From Haliotis rufescens (Eukaryota), in the NCBI RefSeq assembly GCF_023055435.1, contig NW_025964112.1:56916001-56980000 (forward strand): a stretch of 64,000 nt of DNA. Reading direction: 5' to 3'. The notes below the pieces were generated by a model that was not told the DNA's origin, made no database searches, and saw only the letters and a list, made by a program, of their open reading frames with translations. Made by a program: the position numbers and the translations under genes. Of the stretch, positions 36,395-50,776 are shown piece after piece; the first letter of the stretch is position 1, and every line of letters begins with the position of its first letter.

Positions 36395-38865
36395 TATCAC
36401 CACCATTACCCTCACCCTCATGTATTTCATCACCATCACCATCACCATCACCATCACCATCACCCTCGTTCTCAACTTCACCATAATTTCTATCCACACC
36501 TCCACCATCATCCTCATCCTCACCCGCTGCATCCTCTATACCCTCATCTCATCCTCACCATCATCAATACCCTCATCTCATCTTCTCCCTCTTCATAATC
36601 AAAACCATCATCGTCATCCTCAACCACTCCATCATCTTCTCCCTCTTCATTATCAAAACCATCATCGTCATCCTCAACCACTCCATCATCTATACCCTCT
36701 TCATAATCAAAACCATCATCGTCATCCTCAACTTCGCCATCCTCTATACACTCACCTCACCCTCACCTATACCCTCTCCATCAACTATACTCTCATCTCA
36801 TTCTCACCTATACCCTCTCCATCAACTGTACAATCATCTCACCTCACTCTCACCCATACCCTCTCCATCAACTATACTCTCACCCCCACCCTCACCTATA
36901 CCCTCTCCATTAACTATACTCTCATCTCACCCTCACCTATACCCTCTCCATCATATATAGTCTCACCTCACCCTCACCATCAACTATACCCTCTCCATCA
37001 ACTATACTCTCATCTCACCCTCACCATCACCTATACCCTCTCCATCAACTATACTCTCATCTCACCCTCACCCTCACCTATACCCTCTCCATCAACTATA
37101 CTCTCACCTCACCCTCACCCTCACCTATACCCTCTCCATCAACTATACTCTCATCTCACCCCCACCTATGCCCTCTCCATCATATATAGTCTCACCTCAC
37201 CCTCACCATGACCTATACCCTCTCCATCAACTTTACTCTCATCTAACCCTCACCCTCACCTATACCCTCTCCATCAAATATAGTCTCATCTCACCCTCAC
37301 CATCACCTATACCCTCTCCATCAACTATACTCTCATCTCACCCTCACCATCACCTATACCCTCTCCATCAACTATACTCTCATCTCACCCTCACCATCAC
37401 CTATACCCTCACCATCAACTATACTCTCATCTCACCCTCACCCTCACCTATACCCTCTCCATCAACTATACTCTCATCTCACCCTCACCCACACCTATAC
37501 CCTCTCCATCAACTATACTCTCATCTCACCCTCACCCTCACCTATACCCTCTCCATCAACTATACTCTCATCTCACCCCCACCTATGCCCTCTCCATCAT
37601 ATATAGTCTCACCTCACCCTCACCATGACCTATACCCTCTCCATCAACTTTACTCTCATCTAACCCTCACCCTCACCTATACCCTCTCCATCAAATATAG
37701 TCTCATCTCACCCTCACCATCACCTATACCCTCTCCATCAACTATACTCTCATCTCACCCTCACCATCACCTATACCCTCTCCATCAACTATACTCTCAT
37801 CTCACCCTCACCATCACCTATACCCTCACCATCAACTATACTCTCATCTCACCCTCACCCTCACCTATACCCTCTCCATCAACTATACTCTCATCTCACC
37901 CTCACCCACACCTATACCCTCTCCATCAACTATACTCTCATCTCACCCTCACCCTCACCTATACCCTCTCCATCAACTATACTCTCATCTCACCCTCACC
38001 CTCACCTATACCCTCTCCATCAACTATACTCTCATCTCACCCTCACCATCACCCATACCCTCTCCATCAACTATACTCTCATCTCACCCTCACCATCACC
38101 TATACCCTCTCCATCAACTATACTCTCATCTCATCCTCACCCTCACCCTTACCTACACCCTCTCCATCAACTATACTCTCACCTCACCCTCACCATCACC
38201 TATACCCTCTCCATCAACTATACTCTCATCTCACCCTCACCCTCGCCATCACCTATACCCTCTCCATCAACTATACTCTCATCTCACCCTCACCATCACC
38301 TATACCCTCTCCATCAACTATACTCTCATCTCACCCTCACCATCACCTATACCCTCTCCATCAACTATACTCTCATCTCACCCTCACCCTCACCTATACC
38401 CTCTCCATCAACTATACTCTCATCTCACCCTCACCATCACCTATACCCTCTCCATCAACTATACTCTCACCTCACCCTCACCCTCACCCTCACCTATACC
38501 CTCTCCATCAACTATACTCTCATCTCACCCTCACCATCACCTATACCCTCTCCATCAACTATACTCTCATCTCACCCTCACCATCACCTATACCCTCTCC
38601 ATCAACTATACTCTCATCTCACCCTCACCATCACCTATACCCTCTCTATCAACTATACTCTCATCTCACCCTCACCATCACCTATACCCTCTCTATCAAC
38701 TATACCATCATCCTCACCCTCTCCATTATCTATACCGTCATCTCACCCTCACCCTCACCATCACCATCACCTATACCCTCCTATCTCTCTCTCCATCATC
38801 TAAACCCTCGTCTAACTTTCATCCTCTCCGTCACCTATACCCTCACCCTCACCATCACCACCACC
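36395..38865. repeat. G-poor ~47-bp minisatellite with variable CCCTCA/CCATCA hexamers
   Basis: Unit ctcaccctcaccatcacctataccctctccatcaactatactctcat. Confidence 0.95.
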
Positions 38866-39949
38866 CCATTCTCCGCCTTCAAAGGCTAAATACAACATCA
38901 GTCCGACTTCCAAACCGTCGAAGGCGTTCCACAACAGTGAGTCGCCCACCTCCCACGATGCCCCAAGAGCCGACCAACATGGGGATCGGCTGGGCACTTT
39001 CAGCTGTGACTTTTTTATTTGGGAGTCATCGTGCCTCGATTGCGTGAGTCGCTCATACTCTTTGCCACTGACGTGCAGGGTCCAGGTTTGATTATTTGAT
39101 TATTTGGGAAAACCGCGATACAGCTGAACAGCTGACTACGGCATTAAACAACATTACGCAGTCACGCGTCCCTTCTTCATCGGCATTTAGAATACTTGAC
39201 CGAGATGAATCAGTAGATGCAACATCTGCCGATTCTGGCTGTAAACAAAGACGAAAAGTCCCATGCATCATTAAGCAATCTGAATTCTCACGACTTCAAT
39301 CACACTATTCCTCATCGAGCTGTGGGCCTGTGTATAGAGAGCGTTGCAATAACAAGGCAATATGTGCTTTTGAAAGTACTTCTCAAAACATTTTCTGAAG
39401 AGCCGACACATGTGAACACATATTGAGAAAATAGATCTTTTAAATGTTTTTGGCACGTCGGCTGTTGCGTCCCTTTGAAACGGAATTCGTGTGTTTGCCG
39501 TTTGTAGCTATGTATTCCCACTCGGCAATATTCTGCGGCCAGTAAGACCACTGCCACATAAAGTCGGTCCATGATAAAATACAATGAACCCAGTCACCGT
39601 GTCAGACCCCCAACAAGTGATGATAGATTTTATGTTAAAAGATAAAAGGATGAGATTCTATTTATCAAAAATATCAAAATAAATATGAAACGTCAGCAGC
39701 TTAGGACAACCAGTCTCGATTACCAACCTCGAAGCGCAACACAGCGGTAAAAAATACATGAAGGGATCACTGAAAATGAGTGAAGACACCAGGTGTTCGC
39801 GAAAAGTCAGGGACGAAAGAATGCATGAAACTCCTGACTTAATGAACTGGACTATTTGTTTAAGTGGGTGAGTAAATGAACCGGCGTGACGCAAAATAGC
39901 CGTGTCAATGATATGAATGGATCACTAAAAATCAGTGATGACACCAGGT

Positions 39950-40230
39950 GTTCGCGAAAAGGATAAGCATGTCCTGCCCCACCGGTAGCATCCGGCCGCA
40001 TAGTGTATACAAACATGTTCAGGGTTCAAGCATTTCGGTCACTGGTGTAGTAACAATTGTCCCGATAGTCTTTGAATAGACATCCAACAACCTACGTCCA
40101 TGACCTTTGCGGCATACATACATGTGGTTTGTTAGTAGAACTGGTAACAAATGGAGTTGTAATAGATCCATACGGCATATGAAATATTCATGCCTTCCAT
40201 AGTAGCCATCGGTGTTGGCTATTTGCATAT
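39950..40230 (-). pseudogene. Possible Penelope-like element C-terminus/3' tail remnant
   Basis: YYGRHEYFICR resembles the FYGRHH..V.RY terminus; flanking caggtgttcgcgaaaaggataagcatgtcctgccccacc is also seen near 10600. Confidence 0.35.
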
Positions 40231-40435
40231 ATCAATATGACTTTCATAGGAGTGAGTGTTCGTGTGTTCTATTCGCAACCAACACGGAGTCTTTGTCACT
40301 TTAACGTCGAGAGAAACAATAGTTCATGTTAATCACTGAGAGATAGAGCAAAGTGGGAATATGTTTAAATGAGGCGCATTTGGTAAAAATGTACCCTCTG
40401 AAATAATACTATCGACAAATTTGGCCTTCCGCATG

Positions 40436-43400
40436 TATACGGTTGTCCTGATGTGCGCAGTGAAATGGTTGTATTATATACGGTTGTCCTGATGTGCGCA
40501 GTGAAATGGTTGTATTATATACGGTTGTCCTGATGTGCGCAGTGAAATGGTTGTATTATATACGGTTGTCCTGATGTGCGCAGTGAAATGGTTGTATTAT
40601 GTACGGTTGTCCTGATGTGCGCAGTGAAATGGTTGTATTATATACGGTTGTCCTGATGTGCGCAGTGAAATGGTTGTATTATATACGGTTGTCCTGATGT
40701 GCGCAGTGAAATGGTTGTATTATATACGGTTGTCCTGATGTGCGCAGTGAAATGGTTGTATTATATACGGTTGTCCTGATGTGCGCAGTGAAATGGTTGT
40801 ATTATATACGGTTGTCCTGATGTGCGCAGTGAAATGGTTGTATTATGTACGGTTGTCCTGATGTGCGCAGTGCAATGGTTGTATTATATACGGTTGTCCT
40901 GATGTGCGCAGTGAAATGGTTGTATTATATACGGTTGTCCTGATGTGCGCAGTGAAATGGTTGTATTATGTACGGTTGTCCTGATGTGCGCAGTGAAATG
41001 GTTGTATTATATACGGTTGTCCTGATGTGCGCAGTGAAATGGTTGTATTATGTACGGTTGTCCTGATGTGCGCAGTGAAATGGTTGTATTATATACGGTT
41101 GTCCTGATGTGCGCAGTGAAATGGTTGTATTATGTACGGTTGTCCTGATGTGCGCAGTGAAATGGTTGTATTATATACGGTTGTCCTGATGTGCGCAGTG
41201 AAATAGTTGTATTATATACGGTTGTCCTGATGTGCGCAGTGAAATGGTTGTATTATATACGGTTGTCCTGATGTGCGCAGTGAAATGGTTGTATTATGTA
41301 CGGTTGTCCTGATGTGCGCAGTGAAATGGTTGTATTATATACGGTTGTCCTGATGTGCGTAGTGAAATGGTTGTATTATATACGGTTGTCCTGATGTGCG
41401 CAGTGAAATGGTTGTATTATATACGGTTGTCCTGATGTGCGCAGTGAAATGGTTGTATTATATACGGTTGTCCTGATGTGCGCAGTGAAATGGTTGTATT
41501 ATATACGGTTGTCCTGATGTGCGCAGTGAAATGGTTGTATTATATACGGTTGTCCTGATGTGCGCAGTGAAATGGTTGTATTATGTACGGTTGTCCTGAT
41601 GTGCGCAGTGCAATGGTTGTATTATATACGGTTGTCCTGATGTGCGCAGTGAAATGGTTGTATTATATACGGTTGTCCTGATGTGCGCAGTGAAATGGTT
41701 GTATTATGTACGGTTGTCCTGATGTGCGCAGTGAAATGGTTGTATTATATACGGTTGTCCTGATGTGCGCAGTGAAATGGTATTATTATGTACGGTTGTC
41801 CTGATGTGCGCAGTGAAATGGTTGTATTATATACGGTTGTCCTGATGTGCGCAGTGAAATGGTTGTATTATGTACGGTTGTCCTGATGTGCGCAGTGAAA
41901 TGGTTGTATTATATACGGTTGTCCTGATGTGCGCAGTGAAATAGTTGTATTATATACGGTTGTCCTGATGTGCGCAGTGAAATGGTTGTATTATATACGG
42001 TTGTCCTGATGTGCGCAGTGAAATGGTTGTATTATGTACGGTTGTCCTGATGTGCGCAGTGAAATGGTTGTATTATATATACGGTTGTCCTGATGTGCGC
42101 AGTGAAATGGTTGTATTATATACGGTTGTCCTGATGTGCGCAGTGAAATGGTTGTATTATATACGGTTGTCCTGATGTGCGCAGTGAAATGGTTGTATTA
42201 TGTACGGTTGTCCTGATGTGCGCAGTGAAATGGTTGTATTATATACGGTTGTCCTGATGTGCGCAGTGAAATGGTTGTATTATATACGGTTGTCCTGATG
42301 TGCGCAGTGAAATGGTTGTATTATATACGGTTGTCCTGATGTGCGCAGTGAAATGGTTGTATTATATACGGTTGTCCTGATGTGCGCAGTGAAATGGTTG
42401 TATTATGTACGGTTGTCCTGATGTGCGCAGTGAAATGGTTGTATTATATACGGTTGTCCTGATGTGCGCAGTGAAATGGTTGTATTATATACGGTTGTCC
42501 TGATGTGCGCAGTGAAATGGTTGTATTATATACGGTTGTCCTGATGTGCGCAGTGAAATGGTTGTATTATATACGGTTGTCCTGATGTGCGCAGTGAAAT
42601 GGTTGTATTATATACGGTTGTCCTGATGTGCGCAGTGAAATGGTTGTATTATGTACGGTTGTCCTGATGTGCGCAGTGCAATGGTTGTATTATATACGGT
42701 TGTCCTGATGTGCGCAGTGAAATGGTTGTATTATATACGGTTGTCCTGATGTGCGCAGTGAAATGGTTGTATTATGTACGGTTGTCCTGATGTGCGCAGT
42801 GAAATGGTTGTATTATATACGGTTGTCCTGATGTGCGCAGTGAAATGGTATTATTATGTACGGTTGTCCTGATGTGCGCAGTGAAATGGTTGTATTATAT
42901 ACGGTTGTCCTGATGTGCGCAGTGAAATGGTTGTATTATATACGGTTGTCCTGATGTGCGCAGTGAAATGGTTGTATTATATACGGTTGTCCTGATGTGC
43001 GCAGTGAAATAGTTGTATTATATACGGTTGTCCTGATGTGCGCAGTGAAATGGTTGTATTATATACGGTTGTCCTGATGTGCGCAGTGAAATGGTTGTAT
43101 TATGTACGGTTGTCCTGATGTGCGCAGTGAAATGGTTGTATTATATATACGGTTGTCCTGATGTGCGCAGTGAAATGGTTGTATTATATACGGTTGTCCT
43201 GATGTGCGCAGTGAAATGGTTGTATTATATACGGTTGTCCTGATGTGCGCAGTGAAATGGTTGTATTATATACGGTTGTCCTGATGTGCGCAGTGAAATG
43301 GTTGTATTATATACGGTTGTCCTGATGTGCGCAGTGAAATAGTTGTATTATGTACGGTTGTCCTGATGTGCGCAGTGAAATGGTTGTATTATATACGGTT

Positions 43401-45700
43401 GTCCTGATGTGCGCAGTGAAATAGTTGTATTATATACGGTTGTCCTGATGTGCGCAGTGAAATGGTTGTATTATATACGGTTGTCCTGATGTGCGCAGTG
43501 AAATGGTTGTATTATATACGGTTGTCCTGATGTGCGCAGTGAAATGGTTGTATTATATATACGGTTGTCCTGATGTGCGCAGTGAAATGGTTGTATTATA
43601 TACGGTTGTCCTGATGTGCGCAGTGAAATGGTTGTATTATATACGGTTGTCCTGATGTGCGCAGTGAAATGGTTGTATTATATACGGTTGTCCTGATGTG
43701 CGCAGTGAAATGGTTGTATTATATACGGTTGTCCTGATGTGCGCAGTGAAATGGTTGTATTATATACGGTTGTCCTGATGTGCGCAGTGAAATGGTTGTA
43801 TTATGTACGGTTGTCCTGATGTGCGCAGTGAAATGGTTGTATTATATACGGTTGTCCTGATGTGCGCAGTGAAATGGTTGTATTATGTACGGTTGTCCTG
43901 ATGTGCGCAGTGAAATGGTTGTATTATATACGGTTGTCCTGATGTGCGCAGTGAAATGGTTGTATTATATACGGTTGTCCTGATGTGCGCAGTGAAATGG
44001 TTGTATTATATACGGTTGTCCTGATGTGCGCAGTGAAATAGTTGTATCATGTACGGTTGTCCTGATGTGCGCAGTGAAATGGTTGTATTATATACGGTTG
44101 TCCTGATGTGCGCAGTGAAATGGTTGTATTATGTACGGTTGTCCTGATGTGCGCAGTGAAATGGTTGTATTATATACGGTTGTCCTGATGTGCGCAGTGA
44201 AATGGTTGTATTATATACGGTTGTCCTGATGTGCGCAGTGAAATGGTTGTATTATGTACGGTTGTCCTGATGTGCGCAGTGAAATGGTTGTATTATATAC
44301 GGTTGTCCTGATGTGCGCAGTGAAATAGTTGTATTATATACAGTTGTCCTGATGTGCGCAGTGAAATGGTTGTATTATATACGGTTGTCCTGATGTGCGC
44401 AGTGAAATGGTTGTATTATGTACGGTTGTCCTGATGTGCGCAGTGAAATGGTTGTATTATATATACGGTTGTCCTGATGTGCGCAGTGAAATGGTTGTAT
44501 TATATACGGTTGTCCTGATGTGCGCAGTGAAATGGTTGTATTATATACGGTTGTCCTGATGTGCGCAGTGAAATGGTTGTATTATATACAGTTGTCCTGA
44601 TGTGCGCAGTGAAATGGTTGTATTATATACGGTTGTCCTGATGTGCGCAGTGGAATGGTTGTATTATATACGGTTGTCCTGATGTGCGCAGTGAAATGGT
44701 TGTATTATGTACGGTTGTCCTGATGTGCGCAGTGAAATGGTTGTATTATATACGGTTGTCCTGATGTGCGCAGTGAAATGGTTGTATTATGTACGGTTGT
44801 CCTGATGTGCGCAGTGAAATGGTTGTATTATATACGGTTGTCCTGATGTGCGCAGTGAAATGGTTGTATTATATACGGTTGTCCTGATGTGCGCAGTGAA
44901 ATGGTTGTATTATATACGGTTGTCCTGATGTGCGCAGTGAAATAGTTGTATTATGTACGGTTGTCCTGATGTGCGCAGTGAAATGGTTGTATTATATACG
45001 GTTGTCCTGATGTGCGCAGTGAAATGGTTGTATTATGTACGGTTGTCCTGATGTGCGCAGTGAAATGGTTGTATTATATACGGTTGTCCTGATGTGCGCA
45101 GTGAAATGGTTGTATTATATACGGTTGTCCTGATGTGCGCAGTGAAATGGTTGTATTATATACGGTTGTCCTGATGTGCGCAGTGAAAAGGTTGTATTAT
45201 ATACGGTTGTCCTGATGTGCGCAGTGAAATGGTTGTATTATATACGGTTGTCCTGATGTGCGCAGTGGAATGGTTGTATTATATACGGTTGTCCTGATGT
45301 GCGCAGTGAAATGGTTGTATTATGTACGGTTGTCCTGATGTGCGCAGTGAAATAGTTGTATTATATACGGTTGTCCTGATGTGCGCAGTGAAATGGTTGT
45401 ATTATGTACGGTTGTCCTGATGTGCGCAGTGAAATGGTTGTATTATATACGGTTGTCCTGATGTGCGCAGTGAAATGGTTGTATTATATACGGTTGTCCT
45501 GATGTGCGCAGTGAAATGGTTGTATTATATACGGTTGTCCTGATGTGCGCAGTGAAATAGTTGTATTATGTACGGTTGTCCTGATGTGCGCAGTGAAATG
45601 GTTGTATTATATACGGTTGTCCTGATGTGCGCAGTGAAATGGTTGTATTATGTACGGTTGTCCTGATGTGCGCAGTGAAATGGTTGTATTATATACGGTT
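40436..45700. repeat. 41-bp satellite, about 128 near-identical copies
   Basis: Unit atacggttgtcctgatgtgcgcagtgaaatggttgtattat; period 41 (40441 to 40482). Confidence 0.98.
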
Positions 45701-45784
45701 GACAAAATAAGACAATACCATTTTCTTGTTATTGTTTTACAAACAAGGCGACGAATTGTTTTATATATCGGAAAGAGGCAAAAT

Positions 45785-46185
45785 CTAATAGTATTGTTAG
45801 TGGTGTTAGCGGCATTAGTAGTAGTGGTGGTGGTAGTAGTGGGGATGGTGGTGGTAGTAGTAGTGGTGGTGGAGGTTGTACTAGTGGCAGTGGTGGTGGT
45901 AGTTGTGGTAGTGGTGGTGGTGGTGGTGGTAGTAGTAGTAGTAGTAGTGGTGGTGGTGTTGGTAGTTGTGGTGGTAGTTGTGGTAGTGGTGGTGGTGTTA
46001 GTAGTAGTAGTAGTAGTAGTGTTGGTGGTGGTGGTTCTAGTAGGAGTAGTAGTAGTGGTGGTGGTGGTGGTTGTAGTGGTAGCGGTTCTGGAGGTAGTGA
46101 CAGAAGATGTAGATGTAATAATAACATCTGCATGAGTAGTAGTTGCAGTGGATGTAGTAGTAATAGTATTAGTAGACGTTGTAGA
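45785..46185. repeat. (GTA/GTG)n imperfect trinucleotide repeat
   Basis: Seen directly. Confidence 0.9.
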
Positions 46186-46918
46186 TCAGCGAGGGAAACA
46201 CACGGTTCTTCTCCAAAACATTTCCCATCTCAACACCACCACGCAGCTTAAACCCTTACAAGTCAGACGCGCCCTCTAAATACTATATCAAAGGGTGTAC
46301 GTGGATGAAATATTGCAGCGAGGCATTTGCACTCTTTCATCCATCCACTGTTATTGAGATCAATTACTCCACTCCCTAAGTCTTAATTCCTGATGGAAGC
46401 TCACGAAATGACAAATCAGTCAGTACAGATAACCGACATGTTTCCCAGACTTCGTTGAGGTGTATTTAAGTAGATTAAGTGTGTCACAGAAAATACATTA
46501 CCTTGTCGTGTAACAAATTATGACACACGTGATAACACCATACATGTTTGTATTGTATCTGTCTTAATAGTCTGTAGACTATTAAGATATATACAATATA
46601 TAAGAACGAAAACTAAATAGATCTTTATTCCATTTCACTTCCATTTATTTCCGTGTCCTTTAAAAGCATACTGCAAATGTTTATGCATGAATGCGTGTTG
46701 GAGAACTTTCTTTGTTGTTGTTGTTGATGTGTCTTATGTCAGTAATATTCCGAGACAATTTATTTGTAGAGATGGTTTTAATTGTGTCTGCGCATAAACC
46801 TGATGAAAGAAAGTATACACCCATATCTGACGGTGACTAAAAGGAAACAAACAAGAAATGGTTATTCGTTGGTGATGTAATTGATACGGGTATTTGTGAC
46901 CTTAAGTAGTGTTTCGGA

Positions 46919-47076
46919 NNNNNNNNNNNNNNNNNNNNNNNNNNNNNNNNNNNNNNNNNNNNNNNNNNNNNNNNNNNNNNNNNNNNNNNNNNNNNNNNNN
47001 NNNNNNNNNNNNNNNNNNNNNNNNNNNNNNNNNNNNNNNNNNNNNNNNNNNNNNNNNNNNNNNNNNNNNNNNNNNN
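46919..47076. other. Assembly gap
   Basis: N run. Confidence 1.
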
Positions 47077-47782
47077 ACATTTTTTTCCTTTTGAAAGTTA
47101 TCTTGAATAGAAAATGGATAATCTTATTTTCCCCTCCCCTGTCAAAAAAGTTAACTACGGCCTTGATAACGTTTGCAATAGTTTGGCCCAATCCATTTTG
47201 CAAGTAAATACGTTCTTTGCCCAGGCAGTTCATATAAATATACGAGACGTGCTGTATTCAGGCCATACTGATTTAAGTTGAAATAAGTTGTATGAACATA
47301 TGATTTATGTATACACATATATATGTAACGCAATATTCTTATATTCTTCACATAATGATATTGCCACGTGTGTGCGAAGGGTTGTGGTAAGAAAAATAGC
47401 TAATAACATTCAATCTGTGACCGAAACAGCGCCCTCGATATTTTATTTTCTGACTAATTTTACGGAACCTTTGACTGACTCAATCTACCTACATCTACAG
47501 CTTATTATGCTCTGAATAGGCGGGCAGCAATATGAAGAAAGGACAAAGCATTAACTCTATGTTTCTCTGATTGACTTCGATTCCCGCCAATCTGTCATCT
47601 GCAACAGCGGGCATCAGGCGAGACAACTCTTGGTCTGCCTAGCTTTATATTTGTGACCAACTTGTTTTGTGCCGGGGCAAGCCGAATAGCGACTCGTGCC
47701 CCTCGCGTGGCCATCCTTGCGACTTGGTTCCGTCTAAGCGCAAACGGGCATAGCTAAAAGAATTGTCAACTCGTTGCGTCAT

Positions 47783-48057
47783 GAGTGAGTGAGTTTGGGT
47801 TTAACGCCGCTTTTAACAGATCTCGTTATATCGCGGCGTGTGAGCTTAATGTGGGAGGAAAGCCCGAAGTGATGCAGGTCTCAGACGTTTACCACTTCGG
47901 TGAGCACGAGCACGGGTATGGTGCTGACAAACCTAGAAACATAATCGGGGCGAATCAGGATTCGAATCCACAATCATAGGTTTCTGGCGTGACCAAGGGA
48001 CGCAACTCTGCACAGCGAATCGCGGCGCCTTAGACGACTGGGCCACCCGTGCCCCCC
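47783..48057 (-). mobile_element. SINE family B
   Basis: TSD cgttgcgt(c/t)atga. Confidence 0.9.
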
Positions 48058-48269
48058 GTTGCGTTATGATAAGAGAAATATTTTCCAACATGTTGATAAC
48101 ATGAGGGGTACGTGTTTGGGGTAATGAGGTTGGGAGATGCTCAATATGATTTGACAGGTATTATTCGCCGCATGATTCACCAGTGATTACCCGGAACAGA
48201 TGATTAAGATAAGACTTATTTTATTTATTGCTGGAAATCCTGGTGCCATTACGTCTCCTTCAGAATTAG

Positions 48270-49716
48270 TGTTGCTACTACGTCTACTACAGTAAATGCT
48301 GCAACTACTACGTCTGCGACAGTAAATGCTGTTACTACTACGTCTGCGACAGTAAATGCTGCTACTACTACGTCTACTACAGTAAATGCTCTACTACCAT
48401 CTCTACTACAGTAACTGCAGCAACTACTACGTCTACTACAGTAAATGCTGCAACTACTACGTCTGCGACAGTAAATGCTGCTACTACTACGTCTACTACA
48501 GTAAATGCTGCTACTACGTCTACTACAGTACATGTTGCAACTACTACGTCTACTACAGTAAATGCTGCAACTACTACGTCTTCTACAGTAAATGCTACTA
48601 CTACGTCTACTACAGTAAATGTTGCAACTACTACGTCTGCTACAGTAAATGCTGCTACTACCACCTCTTCTACAGTAAATGCTGCTACTACTACGTCTAA
48701 TACAGTTAATGTTGCTACTGCTACGTCTACTACAGTAAATGCTGCTACTACGTCTACTACAGTAAATGCTGCTACTACGTCTACTACAGTAAATGCTGCT
48801 ACTACGTCTACTACAGTAAATGCTGCTACTACCATCTCTACTACAGTAACTGCAGCAACTACTACGTCTACTACAGTAAATGTTGCAACTACTACGTCTA
48901 CTACAGTAACTGCAGCAACTACTACGTCTACTACAGTAAATGCTGCTACTACCACCTCTTCTACAGTAAATGTTGCAACTACTACGTCTACTACAGTAAA
49001 TGTTGCTACTACCATCTCTACTACAGTAACTGCAGCAACTACTACGTCTACTACAGTAAATGCTGCTACTACCACCTCTACTACAGTAACTGCAGCAACT
49101 ACTACGTCTACTACAGTAAATGCTGCAACTACGTCTACTACAGTAAATGTTGCAACTACTACGTCTACTACAGTTACTACAGCAACTACTACGTCTACTA
49201 CAGTAAATGCTGCTACTACCACCTCTTCTACAGTAAATGTTGCAACTACTACGTCTACTACAGTAAATGCTGCTACTACCACCTCTACTACAGTAAATGT
49301 TGCTGCTACTACGTCTACTACAGTAAATGTTGCAACTACTACGTCTACTACAGTAACTGCAGCAACTACTACGTCTACTACAGTAAATGCTGCTACTACC
49401 ACCTCTTCTACAGCAAATGTTGCAACTACTACGTCTACTACAGTAAATGTTGATGCTACTACGTCTACTACAGTAAATGTTGCAACTACTACGTCTACTA
49501 CAGTAACTGCAGCAACTACTACGTCTACTACAGTAAATGCTGCAACTACCACCTCTTCTACAGTAAATGTTGCAACTACTACGTCTACTACAGTAAATGT
49601 TGCTACTACCATCTCTGCTACAGTAACTGCAGCAACTACTACGTCTACTACAGTAAATGCTGCTACTACCACCTCTACTACAGTAAATGTTGCAACTACT
49701 ACGTCTACTACAGTAA
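48270..49716. repeat. 27/30-bp minisatellite (plus frame reads TTTSTTVNAA)
   Basis: Unit actactacgtctactacagtaaatg(c/t)tgc(a/t). Confidence 0.95.
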
Positions 49717-49913
49717 ACAGGGACAATATACAGGGATAGACAGGGGTTATTTTGTTTTAACGTGGGGTTGCGCAAGGCTACACACGTGTGTGCTCTCGGG
49801 CGAGACTCTCTCCACTTTTGGCCGCACTGGACGCGAATATAGTTAGTTATTGAAAGTTGATATTGCTGTAAGGTCTGCTACTACATCTACTAATGTAAAT
49901 GCTTGGTCTATAC

Positions 49914-50150
49914 ACCCGTGAAGATCCGGGTTAGAACCCATGCTTTCCGTAAAAGGCGACTATGCTTGTCGACAGACGGGATCGGGTGGTCAGGCTCGCT
50001 GACTTGGTTAATACATGTCATCGATCCCAATTGCGCAGATCGATGCTCATGATGTCAATCACTGGATAGTCTGGTCCACACTCGATCATTTACTGATCGG
50101 CGTCATATAGGTGGAATATTTCTGAGTGCGGTAATCATTCAAACAAATAA
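49914..50150 (+). mobile_element. SINE-like family C, diverged
   Basis: Homology to the 29441 copy. Confidence 0.8.
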
Positions 50151-50254
50151 GACTACGTCTACAACGTTAAATCCTGCTGCAATAACGCCTACTTCAATAA
50201 CTGCCGCTACTTCGTCAACTGCATTAAATGCCAAAGCTACTACATTTATTACTG

Positions 50255-50776
50255 AACCATGAAGATCCGGGGTGTGTGAGCTTAATGTGGGAGGAAAGCC
50301 CGAAGTGATGCAGGTCTCAGACGTTTACCACTTCGGTGAAACCCACGAGCACGGGTATGGTGCTGACAAACCTAGAAACATAATCGGGGCGAATCAGGAT
50401 TCGAATCCACAATCATAGGTTTCTGGCGTGACCAAGGGACGCAACTCTGCACAGCGAATCGCGGCGCCTTAGACGACTGGGCCACCCGTGCCCCCCGTTG
50501 CGTCATGATAAGAGAGATATTTTCCAACATGTTGGAATTGAATAGGTCTTCAGCAACCCATACTTGCCGTAAAAGGCGACTATGCTTGTCGTAAAAGGCG
50601 ACTAACGGGATCGGGTGGTCAGGCTCGCTGACTTGGTGGATACATGTCATCGATCCCAATTGCGTGGCTCGATGCTCATTGGATTGTGTTGTCCAGACTC
50701 GATAATTTTACAGACCGCCGTGATATAGCTGGGATATTGTTGAGTGCGGCGTTAAACAACAAACAAACAAACAAAA
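50255..50776 (+). mobile_element. SINE-like family C interrupted by a family B fragment plus flank (50272-50535)
   Basis: TSD acatttattactg; insert matches 47838-48095. Confidence 0.85.

Noticed and set aside
36375-38889. Long ORFs of 278 and 573 aa
   Set aside because: The minisatellite unit is not a multiple of 3, so the translation cycles through frames; open only because G is nearly absent
40436-45700. CRISPR-like array
   Set aside because: Head-to-tail repeats with no unique spacers, no cas genes, eukaryotic context
45650-46135. Poly-Val and poly-Pro/Leu ORFs
   Set aside because: Trinucleotide microsatellite
48249-49775. Minus-strand Cys/Ser/Arg-rich (508 aa) and Val-rich (449 aa) ORFs
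   Set aside because: Alternative frames of the 27/30-bp repeat, with no signal peptide, splice context or domain
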